Source: Candidatus Poribacteria bacterium
GTDB taxonomy: Bacteria > Poribacteria > WGA-4E > WGA-3G
Direction of reading: 5' to 3'
Assembly: GCA_965197475.1 (NCBI GenBank)
Contig: CBDANF010000003.1
Location: forward strand, 416,001 to 480,000
Length of the DNA: 64,000 bases
Shown here: positions 10,601-19,391 of the stretch, one piece after another
Position numbering within the stretch: the first letter of the stretch is position 1
Layout of the letters: every line of letters begins with the position of its first letter
Made by a program: the position numbers and the translations under genes
Notes under the pieces: generated by a model
Databases searched by the model: none
The model's input: only the letters and a program-made list of their open reading frames with translations
Told to the model about the DNA's origin: nothing

Positions 10601-12594
10601 GCAAAGTTCCCTTATCTGACTTGTCTCCTTTGGCCGGTATAACAAGTCTGAAAAAACTTACATTTTACAACTGCGAAATAACAGACATTTCACCGTTGGA
10701 GGAGTTAACAGATCTGATTTTCCTGGAAATTTCCAATAACTCTATAACAGATTTATCATCCATTGCAGCGTTAATTAACTTGGAGAGTTTAGCAGTTAGG
10801 CACAGTCGTATATCGGATATATCGCCCTTGGCAGCATTGACTAAATTGAAAAAACTGGATTTTCGCGGAAACAACATATCAGACGTGTCTCCTTTGACAG
10901 GATTGGTAAATTTGGAGGTTCTTAACCTTCATGGTAATTCAATATCAGACATTTCCCCTTTAGAAGAATTGTCTGTATTTCCTGTAAATACTTTTTGGGT
11001 TGATAATCCGGGTTCTGCTATAAGCGGGCCAAGAATAGTGGGACCCTGGCTTTGGGTGAATTTACCTGCAGAAGATTTAGACACAGATTGGTTAGCAGTA
11101 GCGAGCGGTAATGCCGTAACGGAGCAGCAAGTTGCCACATACGGTGCAGTAGAAGGAAAACTTGTCGGGAACAACATTTGGAAAGCTGGTAAAATTGACC
11201 AAGACAGCGATAACATCAATAAGGTGCTTGACTCATTTGGATACGAAGGAGACCGAGATTACCAAGTAATTTACGGAACAATCGTCTTGAATTCACCTAT
11301 TGAACAGGAAGTAATGATGCTTCAAGGAAAATCAGATGGTTCTTCTTTAAAAATTTGGATCAACGGTGAGTTGGCTCATGAGGACATCAGATCAATTAGT
11401 TTTGGTCATCGCTATGAGAGATTCTTCCATGTCACCTTGAAACAAGGATCAAATGTGCTGTTAGTTGCGGTTTTGCATGAGGATCATTCATCTTGGGCAG
11501 CCCGTTTTGGTTTTGAAGAAGGCACAGAATACACAGTTATACCCCACGATGTTGGCATCAGGTTTTCTACAACAGAGACAACCCTTCTCGTTGGTGATAC
11601 GTTTGCGCTGAACCTTAATGCAGAAAACATAACCGATTTAGCTGGATGGCAAACTGATATTGTGTTTAACCCTGATGTACTTGAAGCCGTTGAAGTCACC
11701 GAAGGCGATTTTCTGAAGTCAGAAGGTGGAGGAACCTTCTACCAAGCTGGCACGATTGATAATACAGCAGGAAAAATCACAGGTCTATTTTCGGCGCGGA
11801 TATCTGAAAGTGGTGTCAGCGGCACAGGCACACTGCTGTCAGTAACATTCAAGGCAAAAGCGGGCGGCGAAACACAAGTGGCACTGCAAAACTTTGAATT
11901 CATTTCTATCACAGATGACATAATTCCCACTGTTCCACCTAATATCATCATCACTGTGAGAGACTATCCGACATGGGATGTGAATCAGGATGGGCGTGTG
12001 AGTATTCAGGACCTTGTTCTTGTGGCGAAGGACTTAGGTTCAGGCACGCCTACCAACTTGCGAACAGACGTGAATCGCGATGGAGAAATCAATATCCAAG
12101 ACCTTATCCTTGTAGCACAGTATATGGGTGAGTCAACGGATTCTGCCGCCACGCCTCCCATTGTTGCTATAGACAGCAAAGTTCTAACGCCTGCAATAGT
12201 CCAAGCATGGATAAAACATGCACAAGTAGAAGATGACGGTTCTATTGCTTTCCGACAGGGTATAGCAAATCTTCAGAAACTTTTAGCATCGTTGATTCCT
12301 GAAAAAACTGCACTGTTAGCAAACTATCCGAACCCATTCAATCCAGAGACGTGGATACCTTATCACCTTGCAAAGCCATCGGAGGTTACTTTGACAATCT
12401 ATGCTGCAAATGGATCGGTTGTTCGGACGTTGGCGTTAGGGCATCAGGCTGCAGGTATCTATCAGAGTCGTAGTCGTGCAGCGTATTGGGATGGTAGAAA
12501 TGGCGTGGGTGAGTCAGTAGCAAGTGGTATCTATTTCTATACGTTAACGGCTGGAGATTTTACAGCGACGCGGAAGATGTTAATTTTGAAGTAA
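7609..12594 (+). CDS. Secreted c-type cytochrome + internalin-like LRR + cohesin + dockerin + C-terminal sorting-domain protein
   Basis: Likely TTG start at 7609 after GGGAG, with signal peptide ending ANA-Q. CLRCH (7726-7740) and CIGCH (8824-8838) heme motifs. Many ISDISPLxxLxxL repeats in two blocks, each with an IPDxNLRAAI cap. Cohesin-like GWQTDIVFNPDVLE, dockerin DVNQDG/DVNRDG, and CTD NYPNPFNPETWIPY...RKMLILK. Confidence 0.88.
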   Translation: MKFRKHFIKISYLLMFILVGSANAQQNLAQEAYAIFERSCLRCHGENGSHREALIIQHTALIEGGTVIPGDPDGSELYQRLIETAVEKRMPLGQPPLDAEAIETIRQWIAASAPDWNAIPKPETDFITTDAMLGTIENHVKTLSTRDKTFARYFTLTHLYNAGETTEALHAYRRALSKLINSLSWGLEVVKPLPIDVEQTVFYIDIRKYEWDVRNDAWTQIEQVYPYQMAFDAPTQTHLRDKLTNLQQEMNCEVPFVHVDWFLANASLPPLYHDILALPETDRELEVELRVFVIANLQNAPGERVWRAGFNDSGVSRHNRVVERHTSSYGAYWKSYDFAGSTESQNIFAHPLDFTHDGGEIIFNLPNGLQAYYLVDAGGNRLDKAPISIVSNPAVGDPTVRNGLSCIGCHTEGMKTFEDEVRAVVEQADNPPFNKERALELYAEKSVMDELVKEDTQRYRDALEAAGGVFGGIEPIQRFHEAFQGTLSVAHAAAAVGLETETFLEKISKSTTLQNLLGALVLENGAIKRDAWTSDFHDVIAALNTPDSVLPPVVQRPEIIPGASVRIPDANLRAAIEDALGKAPGDVITVQDMATLTEFSAEGMGIQDITGLEYATNLGVLRIGGNSITDISPLARLTQMGHLRIEGNKISDISPLTKLKNIGNLEMYSNEIKDISPLAGLTKMRWLSVYANPVSDLSPLRNMQGLRGMRVTVVPPGDLSPLAELVNLTRIFYWSSGYPIADLSPLAKLPKLRFIEIGHAGGQTDLTPLAKATALEHFSYFGPTPDLSPLTNLSHLFKIEIWDGENPDLSPLARAIGLKELWVSRCGISDISFLENLTSLERLNLQGNNISDVSPLAGLTNLKWLKLTDNPITDFSPLAELAQTTNILTGEVAIPDLNLRAAIAGALGKDADDVFVPITTEEIETLTTLRASKRDIKDLTGIEQAINLEELWISGNPVSDLSPLAGLTNLIGLGAWETPITDLSPLKELTKLRWIDFGKVPLSDLSPLAGITSLKKLTFYNCEITDISPLEELTDLIFLEISNNSITDLSSIAALINLESLAVRHSRISDISPLAALTKLKKLDFRGNNISDVSPLTGLVNLEVLNLHGNSISDISPLEELSVFPVNTFWVDNPGSAISGPRIVGPWLWVNLPAEDLDTDWLAVASGNAVTEQQVATYGAVEGKLVGNNIWKAGKIDQDSDNINKVLDSFGYEGDRDYQVIYGTIVLNSPIEQEVMMLQGKSDGSSLKIWINGELAHEDIRSISFGHRYERFFHVTLKQGSNVLLVAVLHEDHSSWAARFGFEEGTEYTVIPHDVGIRFSTTETTLLVGDTFALNLNAENITDLAGWQTDIVFNPDVLEAVEVTEGDFLKSEGGGTFYQAGTIDNTAGKITGLFSARISESGVSGTGTLLSVTFKAKAGGETQVALQNFEFISITDDIIPTVPPNIIITVRDYPTWDVNQDGRVSIQDLVLVAKDLGSGTPTNLRTDVNRDGEINIQDLILVAQYMGESTDSAATPPIVAIDSKVLTPAIVQAWIKHAQVEDDGSIAFRQGIANLQKLLASLIPEKTALLANYPNPFNPETWIPYHLAKPSEVTLTIYAANGSVVRTLALGHQAAGIYQSRSRAAYWDGRNGVGESVASGIYFYTLTAGDFTATRKMLILK

Positions 12595-12698
12595 TTTTTA
12601 GAAGAAGTAGTTAGGGTAAGAACGATCTCCAGATCGCGATCTGTCGGGAACAGGAGTTCCCTCCTACCATTCGGATCGTATAACAAGTAACAGAATAT

Positions 12699-13190
12699 TT
12701 ACACACCCGCATCGGTAGGGTCTGTCGGTTCTAACTCTTCTTGACATTCAGCACAGTAGCCAATAATTTCATTTCTGAAGCGTACCGGTTTAAATTGGTG
12801 TGCTTCGCAAACTGCTTTTTGCAAGGCATCAATCCCCGGTTCTTTAAATTCAACGATCTGACCGCACCGAAGACAGATAAGGTGCGCATGCTCTTTGAGC
12901 GAATGGATGCTCTCATAACGAGTGTTTTTCTGTGCATCAATAAATTCTGTTAGCAATCCACTTTTAACAAGCAGCGGCAGAGTCCGATAGATAGTTGGGC
13001 GCGAAACGTTATACCCGTTTTGACGCATCTGAACTAAGAGGTCTTCGATTTGGAAATGTCCTGGGTACGCAAAAACCTGATTTAAGACATCCATCCGTTT
13101 TTGGGTCAAACGGAGCCCAGAACTTTTCAGGAAATCTTCAAACTGTTGTGTAAACTCATCATCTTGAGCAGATTCTTCAACGGAATTCAT
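12699..13190 (-). CDS. fur: Fur family transcriptional regulator
   Basis: GLRLTQKR, VSRPTIYRTL, HAHLICLRCG, GYCAEC. The Fur/Zur/PerR subtype is not resolved. Confidence 0.88.
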   Translation of the reverse strand: MNSVEESAQDDEFTQQFEDFLKSSGLRLTQKRMDVLNQVFAYPGHFQIEDLLVQMRQNGYNVSRPTIYRTLPLLVKSGLLTEFIDAQKNTRYESIHSLKEHAHLICLRCGQIVEFKEPGIDALQKAVCEAHQFKPVRFRNEIIGYCAECQEELEPTDPTDAGV

Positions 13191-13230
13191 CTTTCAACCT
13201 ATTTTTGGTTTTATTTTGTTGTTGGATTGT

Positions 13231-14049
13231 TTAGGTTTCAAAGCATAAGGTTTGACCTGCTTCAACAAGTCTATTTTTCACAGCAAGTTTGTAAAAATGT
13301 TCAAGACCCGCGATTTCAGATTCATCCAGATCATAGTGGATGTGGTGTTGCAAGTAGTCGCTGCATAGGATTTCGGATAAACCGAGTTTTGGTGCTTCAA
13401 TCCGTGCGATTTCAGGAATTTGTGTGATACCCCGATTTTTCGCTTCCAAAAGTAGGTTCGGTGCATCGCCAAGACACACGTCTCCCCTCGCCACCCAACA
13501 GGCATAGACGAAAGGCAATCCTGTTAACTCATGCCATTCAGTGCCAAGATCAACGCTATATTCCGTGGCACCGAGATTTTTGAGTGCTGCATCCCCAATG
13601 AGCAGGACTGCTTCTGTTTCTGCCACGGCAGGATCAATTGATGGATCGCAAGGGACGAAAGTTGGGTAAATCTGATATTTTTCAGCGAGTAAGATTTTCA
13701 GCAGCGCGACAGATGACCGCGAACTTGTATCTAAAGCAATTTGCTGAATGTCCTGAATCGGTACACGACTGAACAATTGGATGCTTAAGACGCTACCGCG
13801 CGATGCAATTGCTATGTTAGGCAGAATGCGGTAACCTGCTCCCGGAACGTTTCCCCGAAAGTATTCAACAATAGGGATCAAACCAATATCTAATTCGTCA
13901 TTACTTAAAAGGGTTGCAAGACGACTCGGTACGTGGACGCTGAGGACAATCTCATCTGTTTGAAGTTCGCCGTACAAAAACGGATAAATGAGTGGTTTAG
14001 TGTTCAAAAATGACACTGCGCCGATTCTTAAGCGGCTTTTCTGTACCAC
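13231..14049 (-). CDS. mqnA: Chorismate dehydratase (futalosine menaquinone pathway)
   Basis: IGAVSFLNTKPL, SSRSSVALLKI, LLIGDAAL, DLGTEWHELTGLPFVYACW. Adjacent to mqnE. Confidence 0.92.
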   Translation of the reverse strand: MVQKSRLRIGAVSFLNTKPLIYPFLYGELQTDEIVLSVHVPSRLATLLSNDELDIGLIPIVEYFRGNVPGAGYRILPNIAIASRGSVLSIQLFSRVPIQDIQQIALDTSSRSSVALLKILLAEKYQIYPTFVPCDPSIDPAVAETEAVLLIGDAALKNLGATEYSVDLGTEWHELTGLPFVYACWVARGDVCLGDAPNLLLEAKNRGITQIPEIARIEAPKLGLSEILCSDYLQHHIHYDLDESEIAGLEHFYKLAVKNRLVEAGQTLCFET

Positions 14050-15164
14050 CGATTTCCCTCTCGAATGATTTCATTGTAAAGCGTGTCGCGTTCTATCGGG
14101 ACATAGCCTGCTTCTTCAATGAGTCGTGTAAGCGAATCAACCGAGACAGCTTCCGGTGTATCTGCGCCTGCCATGTGTGTAATCTTTTCCTCTGTCACCG
14201 TGCCATCAATATCATCAGCCCCAAAACGGAGTGCTATTTGCGCAGTTTTCAACCCTGTCATAATCCAATAAACCTTAATATGTGGCATGTTGTCTAGCAT
14301 CAGTCGTGCTATGGCAATATTCCGTAGATCGGTTAAGCCCGTTGTTGAAGGGATATAAGCCATACGCGTGTTAGCAGGGTGGAATGCAAGTGGAATGAAC
14401 GTCACAAAACCACCAGATTTATCCTGCTGTTCCCGCAATCTGATGAGATGGTCAACCCTATCCTCATTTGTTTCCAAGTGTCCGTATAGCATTGTTGCAT
14501 TTGTAGGTATGCCAAGTTGATGTGCAATTTCGTGAATTTCAAGCCATCCCTCCGCGCTAAGTTTACCGGGGCATATTTTTTCACGCGTCTCTTCAGCAAA
14601 GATTTCTGCACCACCACCTGGTAAAGAATCTAATCCTGCCTCACGGAGTTGTTGCAAAACATCCTCTACAGACATTTTAAAGATACGTGAAAAATGATGG
14701 ATTTCAATAGCTGTGAAAAATTTGAGGTGGACATCGGGCATCCGTTCTTTGAGGCCGCGGATCATTTGAAGATAGTAATCAAATGGGAGTTTTGGATGCA
14801 AACCACCAACGCTATGAATTTCAGTGCATCCGTGTTGTACGGAATACATCGCTTTGTCTAAAAATTCGTCAACGCTCATCTCCCACGCGCCTTCTGTTTG
14901 CATATTTTTTCGGGCAAAGGCACAGAAGTGACACCGTGCATGGAGTATGCACACGTTTGAATAATCTATGTGTTGATTGATGTTGTAGTATGCGACGTTT
15001 CCGTTTAAGCTTTCCCGGCTATGGTTCGCGATAAATCCGACTCCGGTTATGTCCGGGCTTTCGTAAAGGGTGACACCCTCCTCAAAGGAGAGGCGTTCTT
15101 CTGCCTTGACTTTTTCGTAGATGGCAGGTAAGTTAGGGTCTGTAAAGAGGTTATAGTTTTCCAT
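14028..15164 (-). CDS. mqnE: Aminofutalosine synthase, radical SAM
   Basis: EIHSVGGLHP, HLKFFTAIEI, SLPGGGAEIF, ATMLYGH, FIPLAFHP, HIKVYWIM, DGTVTEEKI.HMAGA. Probable start is MENYNL at 15164. Confidence 0.88.
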   Translation of the reverse strand: MENYNLFTDPNLPAIYEKVKAEERLSFEEGVTLYESPDITGVGFIANHSRESLNGNVAYYNINQHIDYSNVCILHARCHFCAFARKNMQTEGAWEMSVDEFLDKAMYSVQHGCTEIHSVGGLHPKLPFDYYLQMIRGLKERMPDVHLKFFTAIEIHHFSRIFKMSVEDVLQQLREAGLDSLPGGGAEIFAEETREKICPGKLSAEGWLEIHEIAHQLGIPTNATMLYGHLETNEDRVDHLIRLREQQDKSGGFVTFIPLAFHPANTRMAYIPSTTGLTDLRNIAIARLMLDNMPHIKVYWIMTGLKTAQIALRFGADDIDGTVTEEKITHMAGADTPEAVSVDSLTRLIEEAGYVPIERDTLYNEIIREGNRWYRKAA

Positions 15165-15206
15165 TATTTTCAATACCTTTGGCACTGTCAGCATTAAAAA
15201 AACTGC

Positions 15207-15261
15207 TTGACACTAATCTCTGAATAAAGGTATTATAGCATAATAACTTTTTGAGATGCAA
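15207..15261. promoter_or_regulatory. Overlapping divergent sigma70 promoters (mqnE operon / isomerase)
   Basis: Plus strand TTGACA(15207)-N18-TATTAT. Minus strand TTGCAT(15261)-N18-TATAAT with TGn extension. The two -10 boxes overlap. Confidence 0.55.
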
Positions 15262-15292
15262 GAGAATCTTTTTGGAAGGAACAAATAAAATT

Positions 15293-16093
15293 ATGTCTAA
15301 ACTCGGACTAATCCATTACAACTACGCAGGCAAATCGCTTGATGACTTTCTAAAATTCACGAGCGAAACAGGGTTCGGTTACGTTGAACTCTCGATCGGT
15401 GATGTTTGGAAATCGGATACTGCAGACCCAGAAAAGAACGCAGAAATTGTTAGAGAGCAGGTTGAATCTTACGGTTTGCAGGTTTCAGCCCTCGGCGCAG
15501 GAAACGATTTTGTTGTGTTAGAGGAAGAAACGATCCGGGCACAGGTTGATCGGATGCAACGTATCGCGGGAATCGCAAAATGCCTCGGCACTTCGGTTAT
15601 TCGGACAGAAGGGGGCTCTATGAAAGATGCTGTGCCGGAAAGTCGATGGGTTGAGGCGATGGCAGAGTGTTTAACACGATGCCTTGAATTTGCTGAAAAG
15701 GACGATGTCTATTTGGCGGTAGATAACCATGGCATGGTTACCAACAATGGCGATTTGCAGGTAGAACTGTTTGAGCGTGTCGGTTCAAAGCATGTCGGTG
15801 CCAATATGGACACAATGAATTATCGTTGGGCGGGGCACGATTTAGAGACGGTGGGAAGGTATTATGAAATTATCGCTCCCTATACGTTACACACGCATCT
15901 GAAAGATGGAACGGGATCACGCGGGAATTATCGTGGTGAAGCACTCGGTGAAGGCGAAATTGATCTTGTGAAGGCGATCCGTTGTTTGAGGGAGGCAGGC
16001 TATGAAGGTGTCTGGTGTTGTGAGTATGAAGGCAGAGAGAATGATGGCACCGGTCAACGAAAGAGTTTTGCATGGATGCAGGAAAATCTGTAG
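15293..16093 (+). CDS. Sugar phosphate isomerase/epimerase (xylose isomerase-like TIM barrel)
   Basis: GFGYVEL, LAVDNHG, NMDTMNY, HTHLKD, LGEGEID, GYEGVWCCEYEG. Confidence 0.85.
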   Translation: MSKLGLIHYNYAGKSLDDFLKFTSETGFGYVELSIGDVWKSDTADPEKNAEIVREQVESYGLQVSALGAGNDFVVLEEETIRAQVDRMQRIAGIAKCLGTSVIRTEGGSMKDAVPESRWVEAMAECLTRCLEFAEKDDVYLAVDNHGMVTNNGDLQVELFERVGSKHVGANMDTMNYRWAGHDLETVGRYYEIIAPYTLHTHLKDGTGSRGNYRGEALGEGEIDLVKAIRCLREAGYEGVWCCEYEGRENDGTGQRKSFAWMQENL

Positions 16094-16124
16094 TATAACG
16101 TGAAATGAATTTGTTTTTGCGTGT

Positions 16125-16306
16125 TGTCTGAACCAGGATTTTCAAGATTTACAGATTTTCAGGATTACTGCCTTTTCTGTTATTACAGCTTACTCTTCAT
16201 GGCATTACAAAAGTCTCAAAATTCATACGCGCTTGTCTGCTTCAAGAACATTCATGCCTCCCACAATCTTGTAAATCCTATAATCCTGTGAATCCTGGTT
16301 CAGACA
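16125..16306. repeat. Inverted-repeat element built of (G/A)GATT 9-mer units
   Basis: Perfect 16-bp TIR TGTCTGAACCAGGATT / AATCCTGGTTCAGACA, each extended inward by 9-bp tandem units. Confidence 0.7.
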
Positions 16307-16390
16307 GATGGCAGGGCACAGAGACCCCACCCTACAATCTTAACCGGACATGGCACACGTTAAATTGATGTATATGTGCGTTCTATAAAA

Positions 16391-17257
16391 ATGGAAAAAT
16401 CTACTTCCATCATCACCTTAACAACCGATTTTGGCACAAGCGATGTGTATGTAGGCGTGATGAAAGGTGTCATCTTAAACATTAATCCGAATGCACAGAT
16501 TGTTGACATTACACATGCGATCTCTCCGCAGAATATTGACGCGGCTGCCTTCACAATCAACGCTGCTTATCAATATTTCCCGAAAGGCACGATCCATGTG
16601 ATCGTAGTGGACCCGGGTGTTGGTAGTGATCGGCAAGCAATAGTTTGCAAAACGGATAGCGCGTTTTTTGTTTGTCCGAACAACGGTGTGTTAAGTTATT
16701 TGCTTCAGAACATTGAAACCGAAGAGACTTGCGCGCCTGAGGTAGTAGCCATTGAAAATCCAACCTACGTTTTACCACGAGTTTGCAACACTTTCCATGG
16801 CAGGGATATTTTCGCACCTGTGGCCGCGCACCTATCGCTCGGTGTTCCGCTTGTGCAGATCGGAACACCGATTCACGACCTTGCGCGTTTTTCTGTCCCA
16901 GCAATACACAGCTCCGATGATACATTACGAGGACAAATAATTAATATTGACAGTTTTGGTAATTTGATAACGAATATCTCGGAAAACGTGCTTGCGACTT
17001 TCTTGTTATCGTCTACACCGAGCGAGAATGCTATTGGAGAATTTGATAAGCGCGCGGTGTCTGCCAAATTTGAAATTATCGCAGGTACTACGTCTTTTAA
17101 GAAACTGAATAGTGCTTATGCTGAATCTGAAGCAGGGGAACCTCTTGCAATTATCGGCAGTTTTGGATTGTTAGAAATTGCTATCAATTTGGGGAATGCC
17201 GAAGCGAATTTGAGATTGAAAAGCGGTGATAGTGTCACCGTGCGAAGGTTTGATTGA
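16391..17257 (+). CDS. SAM hydroxide adenosyltransferase (DUF62; chlorinase/fluorinase superfamily)
   Basis: ITLTTDFG, DITHAI, VVDPGVGSDR, TFHGRDIFAP, IDSFGNLITN. The Asp-Arg-His triad points to the hydrolase branch. Confidence 0.88.
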   Translation: MEKSTSIITLTTDFGTSDVYVGVMKGVILNINPNAQIVDITHAISPQNIDAAAFTINAAYQYFPKGTIHVIVVDPGVGSDRQAIVCKTDSAFFVCPNNGVLSYLLQNIETEETCAPEVVAIENPTYVLPRVCNTFHGRDIFAPVAAHLSLGVPLVQIGTPIHDLARFSVPAIHSSDDTLRGQIINIDSFGNLITNISENVLATFLLSSTPSENAIGEFDKRAVSAKFEIIAGTTSFKKLNSAYAESEAGEPLAIIGSFGLLEIAINLGNAEANLRLKSGDSVTVRRFD

Positions 17258-17282
17258 CATCGCCATTTCTACAGGTTATAAT
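17254..17282 (+). promoter_or_regulatory. Consensus sigma70 promoter of trpS
   Basis: TTGACA-N17-TATAAT, followed by an AAGGAG RBS before the TTG start. Confidence 0.75.
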
Positions 17283-17311
17283 AGGGTTAGAACCAACAAA
17301 GGAGTACGGAA

Positions 17312-18313
17312 TTGAAACAGATCGCTTTAACAGGAATCAAACCAACAGGGCAGCCGCATATCGGCAACTATCTCGGTATGATCAAACCTGCTCTTGAACT
17401 CGCGCAAGATTATCAGGCACTCTATTTTATTGCTGATTATCACGCACTCACCACAGTTAAAAATAAAAAAGAATTAGAGGACTTGACGTATCAGGTGACT
17501 GCGACGTGGTTAGCATTGGGGTTGAATCCGGATGATGTCATTTTTTACCGTCAATCGGATATTCCAGAGGTGTTTGAGTTAGCGTGGGTATTAGCCTGTT
17601 TCACAGCGAAAGGATTGTTAAACCGCGCACACGCCTACAAAACCATAGTTGATGACAATATTTCTGCAGGTCGCGAAGAAGATAAAGGCATCAACGCTGG
17701 ACTGTATACATATCCAGTTTTGATGGCAGCGGATATTTTGCTATTCGGAACACACGTCGTTCCCGTTGGACTTGACCAACAACAACACCTTGAAATTACG
17801 CGTGATGTCGCCCTTACCTTTAATAAGAATTATCGGGAGATATTGGTCGTTCCAGAAGCCGTAATTCGCAAAGAGGTCATGACTATCTCCGGACTTGATG
17901 GCAGGAAGATGAGCAAAAGTTATAACAACGTCATCCCGCTTTTTGCACCGTCAAACCAAGTCCGCAAACAAGTCATGCACATCGTAACTGATTCCAAACG
18001 TCCTGAAGAACCGAAAGACCCAGATGAATGTAATGTCTTTGCTATCTACCGTCATTTTGCAGATGCAGATGCTGTTGAGGCAAAGCGGCAACTCTATCTT
18101 GATGGTGGACTTGCTTATGGTGATATGAAAAATGAACTCTTTGAATTGTTAGAAACAACCTTTTCTGCACAACGTGAGCAGTATAATACGTTGATGGAGA
18201 ATCGTGGTGAATTGAATAATGTGCTTAAGAATGGTGCGGAAAAGGCGCGCGATATCGCTGTGCCGATTCTGGGGAAGGTGCGTAAAGCGGTTGGTGTGAC
18301 GGGTGCGCTGTAA
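17312..18313 (+). CDS. trpS: Tryptophan--tRNA ligase
   Basis: GIKPTGQPHIGNYLG (HIGH-like), YPVLMAADIL, VPVGLDQQQH, KMSKS. Confidence 0.97.
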   Translation: MKQIALTGIKPTGQPHIGNYLGMIKPALELAQDYQALYFIADYHALTTVKNKKELEDLTYQVTATWLALGLNPDDVIFYRQSDIPEVFELAWVLACFTAKGLLNRAHAYKTIVDDNISAGREEDKGINAGLYTYPVLMAADILLFGTHVVPVGLDQQQHLEITRDVALTFNKNYREILVVPEAVIRKEVMTISGLDGRKMSKSYNNVIPLFAPSNQVRKQVMHIVTDSKRPEEPKDPDECNVFAIYRHFADADAVEAKRQLYLDGGLAYGDMKNELFELLETTFSAQREQYNTLMENRGELNNVLKNGAEKARDIAVPILGKVRKAVGVTGAL

Positions 18314-18431
18314 AATAGAACATTTACAATCGAATCTAAAATACTTATGCATTTTTTGCGAGTGTGCGGCGTTTGTAGTCGCGCAATTCACACGCCTCTT
18401 ACATTTCGTAGAAGACGACCGTAGGTTTTAC

Positions 18432-18671
18432 TCATTCTTTCAAATAGTGTCGTGCGCGGGATTTTGCAAGGCGCATTAGGTGCTCAAGCTGCAAACAGTG
18501 GTTAAGTTCTGCCGTTTCTTCAGGGGCAAGTCCGGTTGTTTTCTCACGATGAATCAGATATGCAACCCGCTCCTTCGCTTCTTCAGAAGGGCAAAAATCT
18601 ACCAAATTTTGAGGTGTCGTCCCCGCCGCTATGAAATCAATGATTTCTCTATAAATGGGTGAGATTTGCAT
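18432..18671 (-). CDS. Small hypothetical protein (antitoxin-like helical family)
   Basis: GGAGG RBS before MQISP. Motif EIIDFIAAGTTP...F.PSEE...RV..L...EK...L.PEE.AEL...LEHLMRLAK. Confidence 0.7.
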   Translation of the reverse strand: MQISPIYREIIDFIAAGTTPQNLVDFCPSEEAKERVAYLIHREKTTGLAPEETAELNHCLQLEHLMRLAKSRARHYLKE

Positions 18672-18776
18672 TGAATTTTCCTCCATAATTTGATGAATAA
18701 ACCTTACGTTTCAGTTTTACTTATAGTTTGTATCAAATGACCCCATGAGTTATACTATTAGTATTCGTTAAACTAA

Positions 18777-19391
18777 CGAGTAGATGTCCTCGGATCTGAG
18801 GAACCCGCAGGCAAACACATCGCTTTAGCGAAAAAAATCTCCTGTCGACTCAAGCTCAACGATGTTGAAGCCGACCTTGAAGTTTTAGCGACTTATGGGC
18901 TCGCAGGTCTCAGACGGCATCGGATCCTCCGATTGACCCAAGAAGCTTATGACCAAGATGCCTTGCTGAGTTATGAGGATTTGGCAGTGTTATTAACTAC
19001 CAGTCCTGCCACCGTCAAACGCGACATCCGAGCGTTGAAGCAGTCCGGCTATTTCGTGATGACGCGCGGGGCGAAACACGACATGGGCCCGGGACTGTCT
19101 CATAAGACGCAGATTCTTGAGTTGTCCTTCAAAGCATACACCTTCACCGAGATTGAGCAAAAGACGAACCACTCCGAACGGGCTGTCTACCGCTACTTGA
19201 GGGACTTCACACAAGTTGCCACGCTCCATCATCAAGGGTTCCCTAACGCTCAGATACGCCTGATTTCTCATCTCTCTGACCGGTTGATACGCGAGTATCT
19301 CTCGCTGTTCAAGGAATATCAACACACCGATCGCATGACCCAACTCCTTCACCCAGAACCAGAGGACACAAAAAAGGAGGATCTCTCATGA
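18777..19391 (+). pseudogene. DUF1670-like HTH protein A, 5'-truncated
   Basis: Frame is open from 18777 after an in-frame TAA and reads DVLGSEEPAGKHIA...LRRHRILRLTQEAYDQDALLSYEDLA...TRGAKHDMGPGLSHK. It lacks the ~85-aa N-terminus present in its downstream paralog. Confidence 0.7.

Noticed and set aside
9378-11954. Minus-strand ORFs opposite the LRR gene
   Set aside because: They are antisense shadows of the LRR repeats, with no RBS or independent motifs.
16391-17257. SAM-dependent chlorinase/fluorinase in a marine symbiont
   Set aside because: It has TFHGRD and the DPGVGxxR Asp/Arg of DUF62 hydrolases, not the TFY(G/S)R signature of halogenases.
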